Source: Bacteroidia bacterium
Lineage (GTDB): Bacteria; Bacteroidota; Bacteroidia; B-17B0; Aurantibacillaceae
Reading direction: 5' to 3'
NCBI GenBank assembly: GCA_036676295.1
Contig: JAKFDE010000035.1
Location: 18,727-82,726, forward strand
DNA length: 64,000 nucleotides
The notes under the pieces are model-generated. The model made no database searches and was not told the origin of the DNA. It saw nothing but the letters and a program-made list of their open reading frames with translations. Position numbers and translations under genes: made by a program. Below are positions 1 to 10,115 of this stretch, piece after piece (within the stretch, counting starts at the first letter, position 1; every line of letters begins with the position of its first letter).

Positions 1-180
1 GTTAAGCACTAATAAAGCAACAGCATCAGGCACTAAAGGCACACGGTTTTCCTGAAAAGCCATTTCTTTAGGCATACCGATATACAGTTTCCCTTTTTTA
101 CGGGCTATTTCCAACATTTCTTCCTGAGGTGCATAAGCGCCTTTAGTCAGAGAAAACAAAACATCTTTAGTCATTACCAT
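1..180 (-). CDS. Alanine dehydrogenase/PNT-family protein, N-terminal fragment (gene runs off the window start)
   Basis: Reverse-strand ATG at 178-180. Translation is MVMTKDVLFSLTKGAYAPQEEMLEIARKKGKLYIGMPKEMAFQENRVPLVPDAVALLVLN, which carries the IG.PKE..ENRV.L.P signature of AlaDH/PNT N-terminal domains. Truncated, so absent from the ORF track. Confidence 0.5.
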   Translation of the reverse strand, partial: MVMTKDVLFSLTKGAYAPQEEMLEIARKKGKLYIGMPKEMAFQENRVPLVPDAVALLVLN

Positions 181-198
181 CTTTTTTTAGTTTTGAAA

Positions 199-912
199 TT
201 AAAAATCACTACCATGATATCGAGGCGCATTACAATCATCTAAAGATTTTTGAGGGCGATAAATTATACCAACTCTTAATTCAAAAGTTCTATTCCAAAA
301 AACAACAGGGCCGGTATGTACTTTAATTAGATCAGGATTATAATGAAACTCAGTAAAAAATTTAAAAGGACTATAGGAAGAAAATTCATAACCAATACCT
401 ACATCCGGAGTTACAGTGATTTTAGGCATTAGGCCAGCAACTGCGGGATATGCTGTAATTGATCTTGATAAATTATATTCTAATCTTCCTCCTAACATGA
501 TGTAGGGAGTTCCTCTGTAACCTTCATTTAAAAAGATCTTGGCAAAGTTATTCCATTGAATGTTAACATAAGAGTTGGCAGTTGGGCCACCTCTTTCTGC
601 AGGCCATGGAACTAACAATGGACGTTCGATTGCACCTTTGTTGCAATATTCAATTTCTGTTTGCCATCGGATATGATCATATTTCAAGAACTCACCTAAT
701 ATACCAACGCTATAGCTGAAGTATTCTGCCGAACGATGAGCAGGAGCAGGTTGAGTATGGGTGAAGTAAAAACTGTCAACCGGGGTTGGGTTAACGTAGC
801 GATGACTTGACATGGTAGCACCTACAAAGATTCCCACACCTCTAAAAAACTGTGCATTCAATTGTATAGAAAATTGAATAAGACAAACTATGATGATTGA
901 TTTTTTAAGCAT
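199..912 (-). CDS. Hypothetical secreted outer-membrane beta-barrel-like protein
   Basis: 237 aa ORF with ATG start and signal peptide MLKKSIIIVCLIQFSIQLNAQ. Alternating aromatic/Gly-rich strands. No recognisable catalytic motif. Confidence 0.5.
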   Translation of the reverse strand: MLKKSIIIVCLIQFSIQLNAQFFRGVGIFVGATMSSHRYVNPTPVDSFYFTHTQPAPAHRSAEYFSYSVGILGEFLKYDHIRWQTEIEYCNKGAIERPLLVPWPAERGGPTANSYVNIQWNNFAKIFLNEGYRGTPYIMLGGRLEYNLSRSITAYPAVAGLMPKITVTPDVGIGYEFSSYSPFKFFTEFHYNPDLIKVHTGPVVFWNRTFELRVGIIYRPQKSLDDCNAPRYHGSDF

Positions 913-915
913 AAT

Positions 916-1803
916 TTAAGCGCTAACGGTTTCCATGGTTGAACTCACTTTTTTAACTAAGCCTTGTAACACTTTACCTGGCCCAACTTCTGTAAAATGA
1001 GTAGCCCCATCCGCAATCATTTGCGTGACAGTTTGAGTCCATTTTACAGGCGCTGTTAATTGAGAGATTAAATTTTTCTTGATATCATCCGGATTAGAAA
1101 CCGCAAAAGCAGTTACGTTTTGATACACCGGACAAATGGGATTACTAAATGTGGTAGCATTGATGGCTGCTTCCAATTCTACACGAGCAGGCTCCATTAA
1201 TGGTGAATGGAAAGCGCCGCCAACAGGCAATACCAAGGCACGTTTAGCGCCGGCTGCTTTTAATTTTTCGCAGGCAATGTTTACACCTTCTATCGTTCCT
1301 GAAATTACGAGTTGTCCCGGGCAGTTATAATTTGCAGCAACAACCGTATGACCTGAATCTGTAATTTCTTTACAGATTGTTTCTATAATGGCATCATCTA
1401 AATTTAATACGGCAGCCATTGTAGAAGGATTAATTTCACAGGCTTTTTGCATAGCCATGGCACGTTTGTATACCAGTGTTAAAGCACTTTCAAAACTCAA
1501 CGTTTTATTGGATACTAAAGCTGAAAACTCACCAAGTGAGTGACCTGCTACCATATCAGGAACGAACGAATCTCCCATAGTAGCAGCTAATATGACTGAA
1601 TGTAAAAATATTGCAGGTTGAGTAATTTTTGTTTGTTTTAATTCTTCGTCAGTACCCGTAAACATGGTTTTGGTGATTTCAAATCCCAAAATATCGTTAG
1701 CCTGATGAAATAATTTTTTCGCTAGATCAGAATTGTCATATAAATCTTTCCCCATTCCGGAAAACTGAGATCCCTGACCGGGAAATATGAATGCCTTTTT
1801 CAT
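916..1803 (-). CDS. fabD: Malonyl-CoA:ACP transacylase
   Basis: 295 aa. FPGQGSQ N-terminus, GHSLGE nucleophile elbow and GGAFHSPLM motif typical of FabD. Confidence 0.95.
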   Translation of the reverse strand: MKKAFIFPGQGSQFSGMGKDLYDNSDLAKKLFHQANDILGFEITKTMFTGTDEELKQTKITQPAIFLHSVILAATMGDSFVPDMVAGHSLGEFSALVSNKTLSFESALTLVYKRAMAMQKACEINPSTMAAVLNLDDAIIETICKEITDSGHTVVAANYNCPGQLVISGTIEGVNIACEKLKAAGAKRALVLPVGGAFHSPLMEPARVELEAAINATTFSNPICPVYQNVTAFAVSNPDDIKKNLISQLTAPVKWTQTVTQMIADGATHFTEVGPGKVLQGLVKKVSSTMETVSA

Positions 1804-1973
1804 ATAAATGTTAGTTTATGTTAAGTTTGAACAGACTATAAAGTTAGTAGATTTTTGCTAAAAAACAAGTCGACTTTTTAACTAAAAAACTAACGCTGAA
1901 ATGTTAATGAAATGGCTTTAAAACGAGAAAATAATTAATGTTCTTATTTGTATCAAATAGTATTGTTGTGTGT

Positions 1974-2055
1974 TTCCCCCTCTGGAGGGGGCAGTGGGAG
2001 GATGAGTAATTAGCATATCCTCCCCCGTCCTACGGACACTCCCTCCAAAGGGGGA
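1974..2055. repeat. REP-like G/C-rich palindromic element (CCCCTC..GAGGGG family)
   Basis: ttccccctctggagggggcagtGGGAGGATgagtaattagcatATCCTCCCccgtcctacggacactccctccaaaggggga. Nested inverted repeats in the fabD-dtd intergenic region. Related to the element at 47625-47662. Confidence 0.7.
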
Positions 2056-2108
2056 TACGTACTTTTGAATTAAAACTTAAAAAATGAATTCAGATTTTAA
2101 AGAGTGAA

Positions 2109-2561
2109 TTACTCCTTATTTTTACTGTCCATTAAAATAGTCACAGGCCCATCATTCACTAAGCTGATCTTCATGTCAGCGCCAAACTGCCCTGTTTTGA
2201 TGGGGTTATTCAATAATTGAGATACTTGTTGAATACAATATTCGTAAAGAGGAATAGCTATATCAGGTTTCGCCGATTTAATAAAAGAAGGTCGGTTTCC
2301 TTTTTTTGTTGAAGCAAATAAGGTGAATTGAGACACTAAAAGAACATCGCCTTTTATGTCTTGTAACGATAAGTTTAACTTGTCTTCGGAGTCAGAAAAA
2401 ATGCGGAGGCTAATTAATTTATTACAAAGCCAATCTGCATCTTCTTTAGTATCCAATTCTTCAATACCAACTAATACCAAAAAACCTTGTTGTATTTCGG
2501 AGTAAACCGAACCATCAATTTTTACAGATGCTTCGCTAACGCGTTGAATAACAAATCGCAT
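2109..2561 (-). CDS. dtd: D-aminoacyl-tRNA deacylase
   Basis: 150 aa. MRFVIQRV start and SQFTL motif typical of Dtd. Confidence 0.9.
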   Translation of the reverse strand: MRFVIQRVSEASVKIDGSVYSEIQQGFLVLVGIEELDTKEDADWLCNKLISLRIFSDSEDKLNLSLQDIKGDVLLVSQFTLFASTKKGNRPSFIKSAKPDIAIPLYEYCIQQVSQLLNNPIKTGQFGADMKISLVNDGPVTILMDSKNKE

Positions 2562-2575
2562 AAACTATCAAACAA

Positions 2576-4696
2576 TTATTTTTTGTACTGTTTAATTCCT
2601 TCATCTAACCATTTGATGTATTCCGGAATACTAGGATCGTAACCTCTGATGGTATGTAACATTTTTTCGTTCCCGTCTACTAACACATACAAAGGTTGTG
2701 TACTTTGTCCATACAAGGATTCTTCCATGTATTTGAATTTATCGCCAATATCAGTGATCTCACGCTCTTTGCCATACCATTGCACTTTCATGTAATCTTT
2801 AGGATCCAAACTACGTTTGTCGTCTACGTATAATGAAACTAATACCACATCGTTATTTAAACGTTTTGTTACTTCTGCATCAGGCCACACATAATCTTCT
2901 GTTTTACGGCAGTTAGCGCAAGCGTGTCCGGTAAAATCAATTAATAATGGTTTACCAACTTTTTTGGCATAAGCCAAAGCATGTTCGTAATCGTTTTTAA
3001 AATGCACAATTCCATTTTTATTTTCTTCCATGTACTGGCCAAATTCCGGATCTTTAGTAACAGTTGAATTGGCTGAAGACGTTGAATGTGAACCACCAAA
3101 TCCGTGTGGAGATTCAGAGTATTCTAATGGAGGTAAAATACCACTAAATAATTTTAAAGGAGCACCCCACAATCCTGGAATTAAATAAATGGTGACAAAG
3201 AATGCGGTAATAGCCACAAACATTCTTCCAACCGAAACGTGTTTTAGATCGCTATCGTGTGAGGTTTTAAATAACCCAATTAAATACATGCTTAGTAAAC
3301 CAAAAATCACGATCCATAAACCAATAAAAACTTCGCGGGTTAAGATTCCGGCTTGTACTACCAGATCAGCATTAGAAGCGAATTTTAGAGCCAGAGCCAA
3401 TTCTAAGAAACCAAGGGTTACTTTAACTGCATTTAACCATCCTCCCGATTGAGGTAAAGAGTTTAGCCAACCTGGGAAAGCTGCAAATATACCAAAAGGT
3501 AAAGCCAGGGCTAAAGAGAAACCAAACATTCCCCAAAATGGTCCGGAAATATTTCCGGTAGAAGAGGCTTCAACTAAAAGTGTTCCGATAATTGGTCCTG
3601 TACATGAAAAAGAAACCAAGGCTAATGTAAAGGCCATAAAGAAGATACCGATGTAACCACCTCTGTCGGCTTTAGCATCAATTTTATTAACGAAAGAGCT
3701 TGGTAAGGTTATTTCGAAAGCTCCTAAGAAAGACATGGCAAATACCAATAATAAAACAAAGAATGCTAAGTTGAACCATACATTTGTAGAGAGAGAATGC
3801 AGAGCACCGGCACCAAAAATTAATGTCACGCCTAATCCTAATCCAACATATAATACAATAATTGAAACGGCATATAATAAGGCATTTCTGATTCCCTGAG
3901 CTTTAGATTTACTTTGTTTGGTAAAGAAACTCACATTCATAGGAATCATTGGGAACACACATGGTGTTAAGAGAGCAGCTAAACCACCTATAAATCCTGC
4001 AAGAAAAATACCCCACCATGATCTTTTTTCAGTAGGCATTTTTTCAGGAACGGTACGACCTTCTTTAATTTTTTCAGTTGATGAAGAAGTATCTTTAAAT
4101 TGTTCTTTAGAGATCTGATCAGGACGCACTAAATTTAAAGCTGTTAAAATAGCTGACGTATCGCAGTTACAAGAATTTTCAGCTTCTGCAGAAACAACAG
4201 TTGTATTAGAAGCTGTGGCTGATTTTAAACAATTGGTAGTACCTTGTAATTTAAATTCAAAATTATCTGCCGGAGGGAAAATACATTTTTCTTCGGTACA
4301 GGCTTGCGCTTCGTATTTCCCTTTTATACTAACAGGTTTGTCAGTTAAGAGTTTAATACGTTGAGTAAAAGTAGCATTGTGTTTAAAGTATTGAACTTTC
4401 ATTTCAAATACTTTATCAAATTCTGTTAGAGGTTTACTTTCTGTGGGTTTACCTACCAACTCATAATCTTTTGATTTTATAAAAGTAAAAGAAGTGGGGT
4501 TAGGTCCATCTTCACCGGCTTTAATTAACGAATACATATGCCAAGGTTCGTCAATACTTACATTAAAAATTAAATCATACTCACAATCAGATATTTTTTT
4601 TGAGGAAAACTTCCAATGCATGGGTTGTTCCTGAGCTGAGATGAATGAAAAACTGGTAACGAATAATAAAACGAGCAGTGATAATTTCTTTAGCAT
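2576..4696 (-). CDS. dsbD: Thiol:disulfide interchange protein DsbD-like (N-terminal DsbD-alpha domain, polytopic membrane core, C-terminal thioredoxin fold)
   Basis: 706 aa. Signal peptide, multi-TM core (LTPCVFPMIP and SCTGPI motifs), and a C-terminal thioredoxin-like CANC (CxxC) motif. Confidence 0.85.
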   Translation of the reverse strand: MLKKLSLLVLLFVTSFSFISAQEQPMHWKFSSKKISDCEYDLIFNVSIDEPWHMYSLIKAGEDGPNPTSFTFIKSKDYELVGKPTESKPLTEFDKVFEMKVQYFKHNATFTQRIKLLTDKPVSIKGKYEAQACTEEKCIFPPADNFEFKLQGTTNCLKSATASNTTVVSAEAENSCNCDTSAILTALNLVRPDQISKEQFKDTSSSTEKIKEGRTVPEKMPTEKRSWWGIFLAGFIGGLAALLTPCVFPMIPMNVSFFTKQSKSKAQGIRNALLYAVSIIVLYVGLGLGVTLIFGAGALHSLSTNVWFNLAFFVLLLVFAMSFLGAFEITLPSSFVNKIDAKADRGGYIGIFFMAFTLALVSFSCTGPIIGTLLVEASSTGNISGPFWGMFGFSLALALPFGIFAAFPGWLNSLPQSGGWLNAVKVTLGFLELALALKFASNADLVVQAGILTREVFIGLWIVIFGLLSMYLIGLFKTSHDSDLKHVSVGRMFVAITAFFVTIYLIPGLWGAPLKLFSGILPPLEYSESPHGFGGSHSTSSANSTVTKDPEFGQYMEENKNGIVHFKNDYEHALAYAKKVGKPLLIDFTGHACANCRKTEDYVWPDAEVTKRLNNDVVLVSLYVDDKRSLDPKDYMKVQWYGKEREITDIGDKFKYMEESLYGQSTQPLYVLVDGNEKMLHTIRGYDPSIPEYIKWLDEGIKQYKK

Positions 4697-4777
4697 AGTG
4701 GTATAATTGAGCGGTAAAAATATAATTAATTAAGTATTAGTTTAAGTAAAGGGGCTGTTATTATTTGATTCCTAAAT

Positions 4778-5251
4778 TTAATTTTTAGAATTTAAATTGG
4801 AAGCTGAAATATTAAGCGGTAAACTCACAATTTTAGGAGGATTGCACATTACATCATTACAGCTCATGAATTCTATATAAGAAGAAATAGAAAAGGCTTT
4901 ATTTGTTTTTCGCTTGATTTTTTGTTTAAATACGGCTTCGTGTTCAAATACATATACCTTGGCTTCAAAAGCCTTCACATATTCTTCGTGAGCACCGCTT
5001 TCTTCTACTTTACCTACCAGCTCAAAGTTATCGTTGGTTGTTATACTAAATGATGTCGGCACCGGCCCATCATTGGTTACACGTTGAGAGTATGTATGCC
5101 ATTTGTCCTGAATAGTAGCGGTATATACAATTTCGCCTTCATGGTTAGCATTTTCAATATAAGATACTTTCCATGTAACGGGTTCTAATGGATTTTGAGC
5201 AAAACCAACACTAGTAATGATGTATAAAATAAATAGAATGAGTGTTTTCAT
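4778..5251 (-). CDS. Stand-alone DsbD-alpha-like (protein-disulfide reductase N-terminal domain) secreted protein
   Basis: 157 aa with signal peptide. The TWKVSY...DKWHTYSQ and MSCNDVMCNPP segments parallel HWKFSS...EPWHMYS and CTEEKCIFPP in the N-terminus of the adjacent DsbD. Confidence 0.5.
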   Translation of the reverse strand: MKTLILFILYIITSVGFAQNPLEPVTWKVSYIENANHEGEIVYTATIQDKWHTYSQRVTNDGPVPTSFSITTNDNFELVGKVEESGAHEEYVKAFEAKVYVFEHEAVFKQKIKRKTNKAFSISSYIEFMSCNDVMCNPPKIVSLPLNISASNLNSKN

Positions 5252-5505
5252 GATAAAATATTTTGCTTGAAGTTACTTATTAAAAATGAGTGTTCTAAAT
5301 CCTAATATACAAAAAAATGTTAAGCCGAAAAGTCAGAAAAACTAATTTAAATCAGTCATTTCGTCTACTTAGATCATCTTTTCACGACTAAATTTCAGGT
5401 AATTTTGAATGGACTATCATTTGAGTTGGAAAGTTGAGAAAGTTTAAAAGTTCGAAAGGACTAAATGAACTTTCTAAACCTTCAATCATTTAAAACTTTA
5501 TAATT

Positions 5506-8100
5506 ATGAACTTTAATAATTTTACAATTAAATCACAAGAGGCTATTCAACAAGCCATGCAAATAGCCACAGCCAATGGTAATCAAGCCATTGAAAATGG
5601 GCATATTCTAAAAGCCATTTTAGAAGTGGATGAAAATGTAACCCCTTTTATCCTTAAAAAGTTGGGCGTTAAGCAAGAGGTATTTACCAAAACGGTGGAT
5701 GCTATTGTGAACTCTTACCCTAAGGTAAGCGGCGGCCAACCTTATTTATCTAACGCGGCTAATCAAACGGTAGCTAAGGCAACCAATTATTTAAAAGATT
5801 TTAAAGACGAGTACGTGTCTATAGAGCATTTATTATTAGGGATGTTGGCCAGTGGTGATTCGGTAGCTCAACTATTGAAAGATAATGGTATCAAAGAAAA
5901 AGAATTAAAAGCTGCTATAGTTGAATTGAGAAAAGGTTCTAGTGTAACCAGCCAAACTCAGGAAGACACGTATAATGCTTTAAATAAATATGCCATCAAT
6001 TTAAATACACAGGCTCGTAACGGGAAGTTAGATCCGGTGATCGGACGCGATGAAGAAATACGTAGAGTGTTACAGATCTTATCTCGTCGTACTAAAAATA
6101 ATCCGATTTTAGTAGGGGAGCCGGGTGTTGGTAAAACCGCCATTGCCGAAGGTTTAGCGCATCGTATCATTGATGGTGATGTGCCGGATAATTTAAAGAG
6201 TAAGCAAATTTATTCTTTGGACATGGGCGCTTTAATTGCCGGTGCAAAATACAAAGGTGAATTTGAAGAACGTTTAAAATCAGTGGTGAAAGAGGTGATT
6301 GCCAGCGAAGGAGATGTTGTGTTGTTTATTGATGAGATTCATACATTGGTTGGCGCCGGTGGTGGAGAAGGGGCGATGGATGCTGCTAATATTTTAAAGC
6401 CTGCTTTAGCACGTGGCGAATTAAGAGCGATAGGGGCAACGACATTGAATGAGTATCAAAAATATTTCGAAAAAGATAAAGCATTAGAAAGACGTTTTCA
6501 AAAAGTGATGGTAGATGAGCCAAGTGAAGAAGATGCAATTTCTATTTTACGTGGAATCAAGGAGAAATACGAAACTCATCATAAAGTGCGTATCAAAGAT
6601 GAAGCGATTATTGCGGCCGTAGAATTATCACAACGTTATATCAGTGATCGTTTCTTACCGGATAAAGCAATTGACTTAATGGATGAAGCGGCTTCTAAAT
6701 TGCGCATGCAAATTAATTCTATGCCAATTGAGTTGGATGAATTAGAACGTAAGATCATGCAATTGGAAATTGAGCGCGAAGCGATGAAGCGTGAAAATGA
6801 AGATGCTAAAGTTAATGCACTCAACAAAGAGTTAGCTGATCTAAACGATAAGCGCATTGATCTGAAAGCAAAATGGCAAGGTGAAAAAGAAGCCATTGAA
6901 GGTGTTCAAAAGATCAAGCTGGAAGTTGAAGACCTAAAACTACAAGCAACTAATTATGAGAAACAAGGCGACTTTGGTAAAGTGGCAGAGATCCGTTACG
7001 GAAAAATTCAGGAAGCAGAAGCAAAGTTAAAAGAGTTAGAAGCTAAATTAACCGAAGCCAAAGATAATGGTTCACAAATGGTAAAAGAGGAAGTGGATAG
7101 CGAAGATATTGCGGATGTGATCAGTGCATGGACAGGAATTCCTGTATCGCGTATGTTGCAAAGTGAAAAACAAAAATTGTTATTATTAGAAGATGAATTA
7201 CACAAACGTGTGGTTGGTCAGCACCAAGCCATTGAATCGATTGCGGATGCTGTAAGAAGAAGCAGAGCCGGGTTACAGGATGCGAAGAAACCAATTGGAT
7301 CGTTCATCTTTTTAGGAACAACCGGTGTTGGTAAAACAGAATTAGCAAAAGCCTTAGCCGACTTTTTATTCAATAACGAAAATGCAATGACGAGAATTGA
7401 TATGAGTGAATATCAGGAACGTCATTCAGTAAGTCGCTTGATCGGTGCTCCTCCGGGATATGTTGGTTTTGATGAAGGCGGACAATTAACAGAAGCAGTT
7501 CGTCGCAGACCATACAGTGTGATCTTGTTGGATGAAATTGAAAAAGCGCATCCGGATGTCTTTAATATCTTATTACAGGTATTGGATGATGGACGTTTAA
7601 CAGATAACAAAGGAAGAACCGTGAATTTTAAAAACACGATAGTCATCATGACATCGAATATTGGTTCGCATTTGATCCAGGAAAACTTTGATACGATGGA
7701 TGAGTTCAATAAAGAAGAAGTGTTAGCTAAAACTAAAACAGAGGTGTTTGAGTTGTTGAAAAAAACCATTCGTCCGGAGTTTTTAAATCGTATTGATGAA
7801 GTAATCATGTTTGAACCATTGAATAGAGAAGATGTAGCAAATATTGTGAAAATTCAATTCAAACAAATTGCTGATCGATTAGCGGAGCAACATATCACAA
7901 TATCAGCAACAGATGAAGCCATTGAATGGTTAGGAGAATTAGGCTATGATCCGCATTATGGTGCCAGACCAGTGAAACGAGTGTTGCAAAAACAAATACT
8001 CAACGAATTGTCTAAACAATTATTGGCCGATAAGATCGACAAATCAAAAGAGATAATTGTGGATGTATTTGATAAGCAGTTTGTTTTTAGAAATGCGTAA
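5506..8100 (+). CDS. clpB: ATP-dependent chaperone ClpB
   Basis: 864 aa. Two AAA+ modules (GEPGVGKT and GTTGVGKT Walker A), a long coiled-coil middle domain and a Clp N-domain. Confidence 0.97.
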   Translation: MNFNNFTIKSQEAIQQAMQIATANGNQAIENGHILKAILEVDENVTPFILKKLGVKQEVFTKTVDAIVNSYPKVSGGQPYLSNAANQTVAKATNYLKDFKDEYVSIEHLLLGMLASGDSVAQLLKDNGIKEKELKAAIVELRKGSSVTSQTQEDTYNALNKYAINLNTQARNGKLDPVIGRDEEIRRVLQILSRRTKNNPILVGEPGVGKTAIAEGLAHRIIDGDVPDNLKSKQIYSLDMGALIAGAKYKGEFEERLKSVVKEVIASEGDVVLFIDEIHTLVGAGGGEGAMDAANILKPALARGELRAIGATTLNEYQKYFEKDKALERRFQKVMVDEPSEEDAISILRGIKEKYETHHKVRIKDEAIIAAVELSQRYISDRFLPDKAIDLMDEAASKLRMQINSMPIELDELERKIMQLEIEREAMKRENEDAKVNALNKELADLNDKRIDLKAKWQGEKEAIEGVQKIKLEVEDLKLQATNYEKQGDFGKVAEIRYGKIQEAEAKLKELEAKLTEAKDNGSQMVKEEVDSEDIADVISAWTGIPVSRMLQSEKQKLLLLEDELHKRVVGQHQAIESIADAVRRSRAGLQDAKKPIGSFIFLGTTGVGKTELAKALADFLFNNENAMTRIDMSEYQERHSVSRLIGAPPGYVGFDEGGQLTEAVRRRPYSVILLDEIEKAHPDVFNILLQVLDDGRLTDNKGRTVNFKNTIVIMTSNIGSHLIQENFDTMDEFNKEEVLAKTKTEVFELLKKTIRPEFLNRIDEVIMFEPLNREDVANIVKIQFKQIADRLAEQHITISATDEAIEWLGELGYDPHYGARPVKRVLQKQILNELSKQLLADKIDKSKEIIVDVFDKQFVFRNA

Positions 8101-8122
8101 TTAAGTTTGAGTGGTTATAAAC

Positions 8123-8156
8123 AAAAAGACTTCGTTATATTATAACGAAGTCTTTT
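8123..8156. terminator. Bidirectional intrinsic terminator between convergent clpB and esterase genes
   Basis: Near-perfect 17 bp palindrome aaaaagacttcgttata/tataacgaagtcttttt, flanked by A-run and T-run. Confidence 0.7.
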
Positions 8157-8177
8157 TGTTTAAACTCTTGTAGTTAA

Positions 8178-9320
8178 TTATTCCATAAACATTATTTTTT
8201 TAGATAGATTCACATTCTTGCTCTGTAGTTTCATTAAATAGATTCCGTTTGATATTCCTAATTCTTTTAGAGATATAGACTGTTGGTCATCATTGATTTC
8301 TTTAGATAAGATCAAATTTCCGGTGAGATCAACAACGGTTAAAGTATAATTTTTATCAGTATTGTTGTTTAAGTTTAAATGTATGATATCATTTGTAGGG
8401 TTAGGGTATAAGTTGATATTATTTTCAATGGTTGATTCTTTAATATCAGTAATCAATGTTTTATGTTTATTAAAAAATTTCCAGATCTCAACAGTATAGG
8501 AAATATCATTTGCGGCTGTGAGCCAAACATGATCGGCTCCTGTTACTTTAAAAAATTCTACTTCGCTATTGTTTTGTCCGCCTGCATATAAGTAATGATC
8601 AACCGTGTAGCCATCGCTTTTTGTATCTGGCAAACTTGTATGAATAGGTGTGGTATTACAAACATCATTACTAAACCAAAATTTCACTAAAGAGTCAGCG
8701 CCAATTCCTGAAGCATTTCCTGCATAAGGAACTGTGCCATCTGTGGTGCCGTGAAAATGGGCTATAGATAGTTTTTTATTTGGAACATAAGAAGGTAGTC
8801 CATCTCCAAAAGTTCCGGATACAGAAGCAAAAGCAGTAATTTTATTATTTAAAGCAACAGCTAAACGATTTGTCATAAAACCACCCATCGAAAAACCACA
8901 TGCATAAACTCTGTTTGGGTTAATGGCATAATTGGTTTTAATGGTATCAATCAATGCACTCATAAAAGCAACATCATCAATTGTTGAGTTTGGATAATAA
9001 CCCGAATAACCCGCTCCTGAGTTCCAGGCAGTTCCTGCAAAAGCATCAGTCATGGCTTGTGGTACTACAACAATAATGTTTGCAGTATCTGCAACGTTAT
9101 TCATGCCTATACCACTAAAATTAGTCATATTATCGCCTAGACCATGCAAGGTTAAAACAAGAGATGCCGGATTAGAAGCATTATAATTAGGGGATTTGTA
9201 TACCCGATATTGACGGGCATTTCCCTGATGAGTAAAGCCTTTGTTTTGCCATTGAGCATAGCTATTAGCTGATAGCACCATGAATAAAATAGCGCTAAGA
9301 ATCGAATTTGTTTTTTTCAT
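8178..9320 (-). CDS. Secreted alpha/beta-hydrolase esterase (PHB depolymerase/feruloyl-esterase-like) with T9SS C-terminal sorting domain
   Basis: GFSMGG nucleophile elbow. Signal peptide MKKTNSILSAILFMVLSANSYAQ. C-terminal ~80 aa (NLYPNPTNDIIHLNL...GIYLMKL...KKIMF) resembles the Por secretion tail. The ORF-track start at 9338 is TTG, so ATG at 9320 is preferred. Confidence 0.7.
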   Translation of the reverse strand: MKKTNSILSAILFMVLSANSYAQWQNKGFTHQGNARQYRVYKSPNYNASNPASLVLTLHGLGDNMTNFSGIGMNNVADTANIIVVVPQAMTDAFAGTAWNSGAGYSGYYPNSTIDDVAFMSALIDTIKTNYAINPNRVYACGFSMGGFMTNRLAVALNNKITAFASVSGTFGDGLPSYVPNKKLSIAHFHGTTDGTVPYAGNASGIGADSLVKFWFSNDVCNTTPIHTSLPDTKSDGYTVDHYLYAGGQNNSEVEFFKVTGADHVWLTAANDISYTVEIWKFFNKHKTLITDIKESTIENNINLYPNPTNDIIHLNLNNNTDKNYTLTVVDLTGNLILSKEINDDQQSISLKELGISNGIYLMKLQSKNVNLSKKIMFME

Positions 9321-9402
9321 GATCTGTTTTTTAAACAAACCTAAACCGATCGAGTAAATTTATTCTTGACCTTTATCAAAAAGGAAATTGACAAATGTCA
9401 AA

Positions 9403-10005
9403 TTATTTTTGAGAACGGATCCGACTCAAGGTTTCCTGAGTGATCCCTAAAAAGGTAGCGACAAAATTCAAGGGTAATCGAGGGATGATATCAGGGAAAC
9501 GTTCAATCAATTTTTGATAACGTACTTGTGCTGATTCAGAAACCAGATCTTCTATTCGTTGTTGTTGGATAATAATGACGTAATTATATAATAGCCTGGC
9601 AATGCGTTCGGATTCAGGAAATTTTTTATAAAAGGCTTCTAAATCATGAAAATTAATAACCCATAATACGGAAGGTTCAACTAATTTTACGGTTCGTTTA
9701 GATTCACGTCTGGTTAGAAAACTAATAATGTCTCCACCAATTCCTCCTTCTGCATAAAAACCAGCCCCTATTTCTTTTCCATCTATTAACATGGTATTAC
9801 ATAATAAGCCTTTTTCTACAATGTATACTTCGTCACAAATTCGATCAGGTGTATTCAATACATAACCTTTAGGAAATTCTTTTCTTTTCAATATAGAAAA
9901 AAAACCAAGTTTGGTTTCTTGTGATAAACTATTCACCGCTTCGGCATTTGCCTGGCCACTGGCGATGTTGATTAATTTATAGATCGAATCAAATATTTTT
10001 TCCAT
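9403..10005 (-). CDS. Crp/Fnr-family transcriptional regulator
   Basis: 200 aa. Central cNMP-binding-like beta-roll and C-terminal HTH (FLGITQETLSRIR). Confidence 0.8.
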   Translation of the reverse strand: MEKIFDSIYKLINIASGQANAEAVNSLSQETKLGFFSILKRKEFPKGYVLNTPDRICDEVYIVEKGLLCNTMLIDGKEIGAGFYAEGGIGGDIISFLTRRESKRTVKLVEPSVLWVINFHDLEAFYKKFPESERIARLLYNYVIIIQQQRIEDLVSESAQVRYQKLIERFPDIIPRLPLNFVATFLGITQETLSRIRSQK

Positions 10006-10115
10006 GTTTTATAGGACAATTTAAAATGAGTACTCAAGCATAAAACAAGTTAAAGCTAATGTTTTTTATTTCTTGTAACTATTTTGATCGACTATGGTGA
10101 GTCTAACTAAATTTA

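Noticed and set aside
5380-5505. Direct GAAAGTT repeats and a GAAAGTT...AACTTTC inverted repeat upstream of clpB as a heat-shock operator
   Set aside because: There is no match to CIRCE (TTAGCACTC-N9-GAGTGCTAA) or any operator I can name. In AT-rich sequence, short 7-mer repeats arise easily by chance, so the evidence is not sufficient.
5958-7808. Four antisense ORFs (5958-6170, 6636-6896, 7008-7205, 7422-7808) inside clpB
   Set aside because: They lie entirely within the strongly supported clpB reading frame on the opposite strand. Their composition is low-complexity and Ser/Ile-rich, typical of antisense frames of AT-rich genes.
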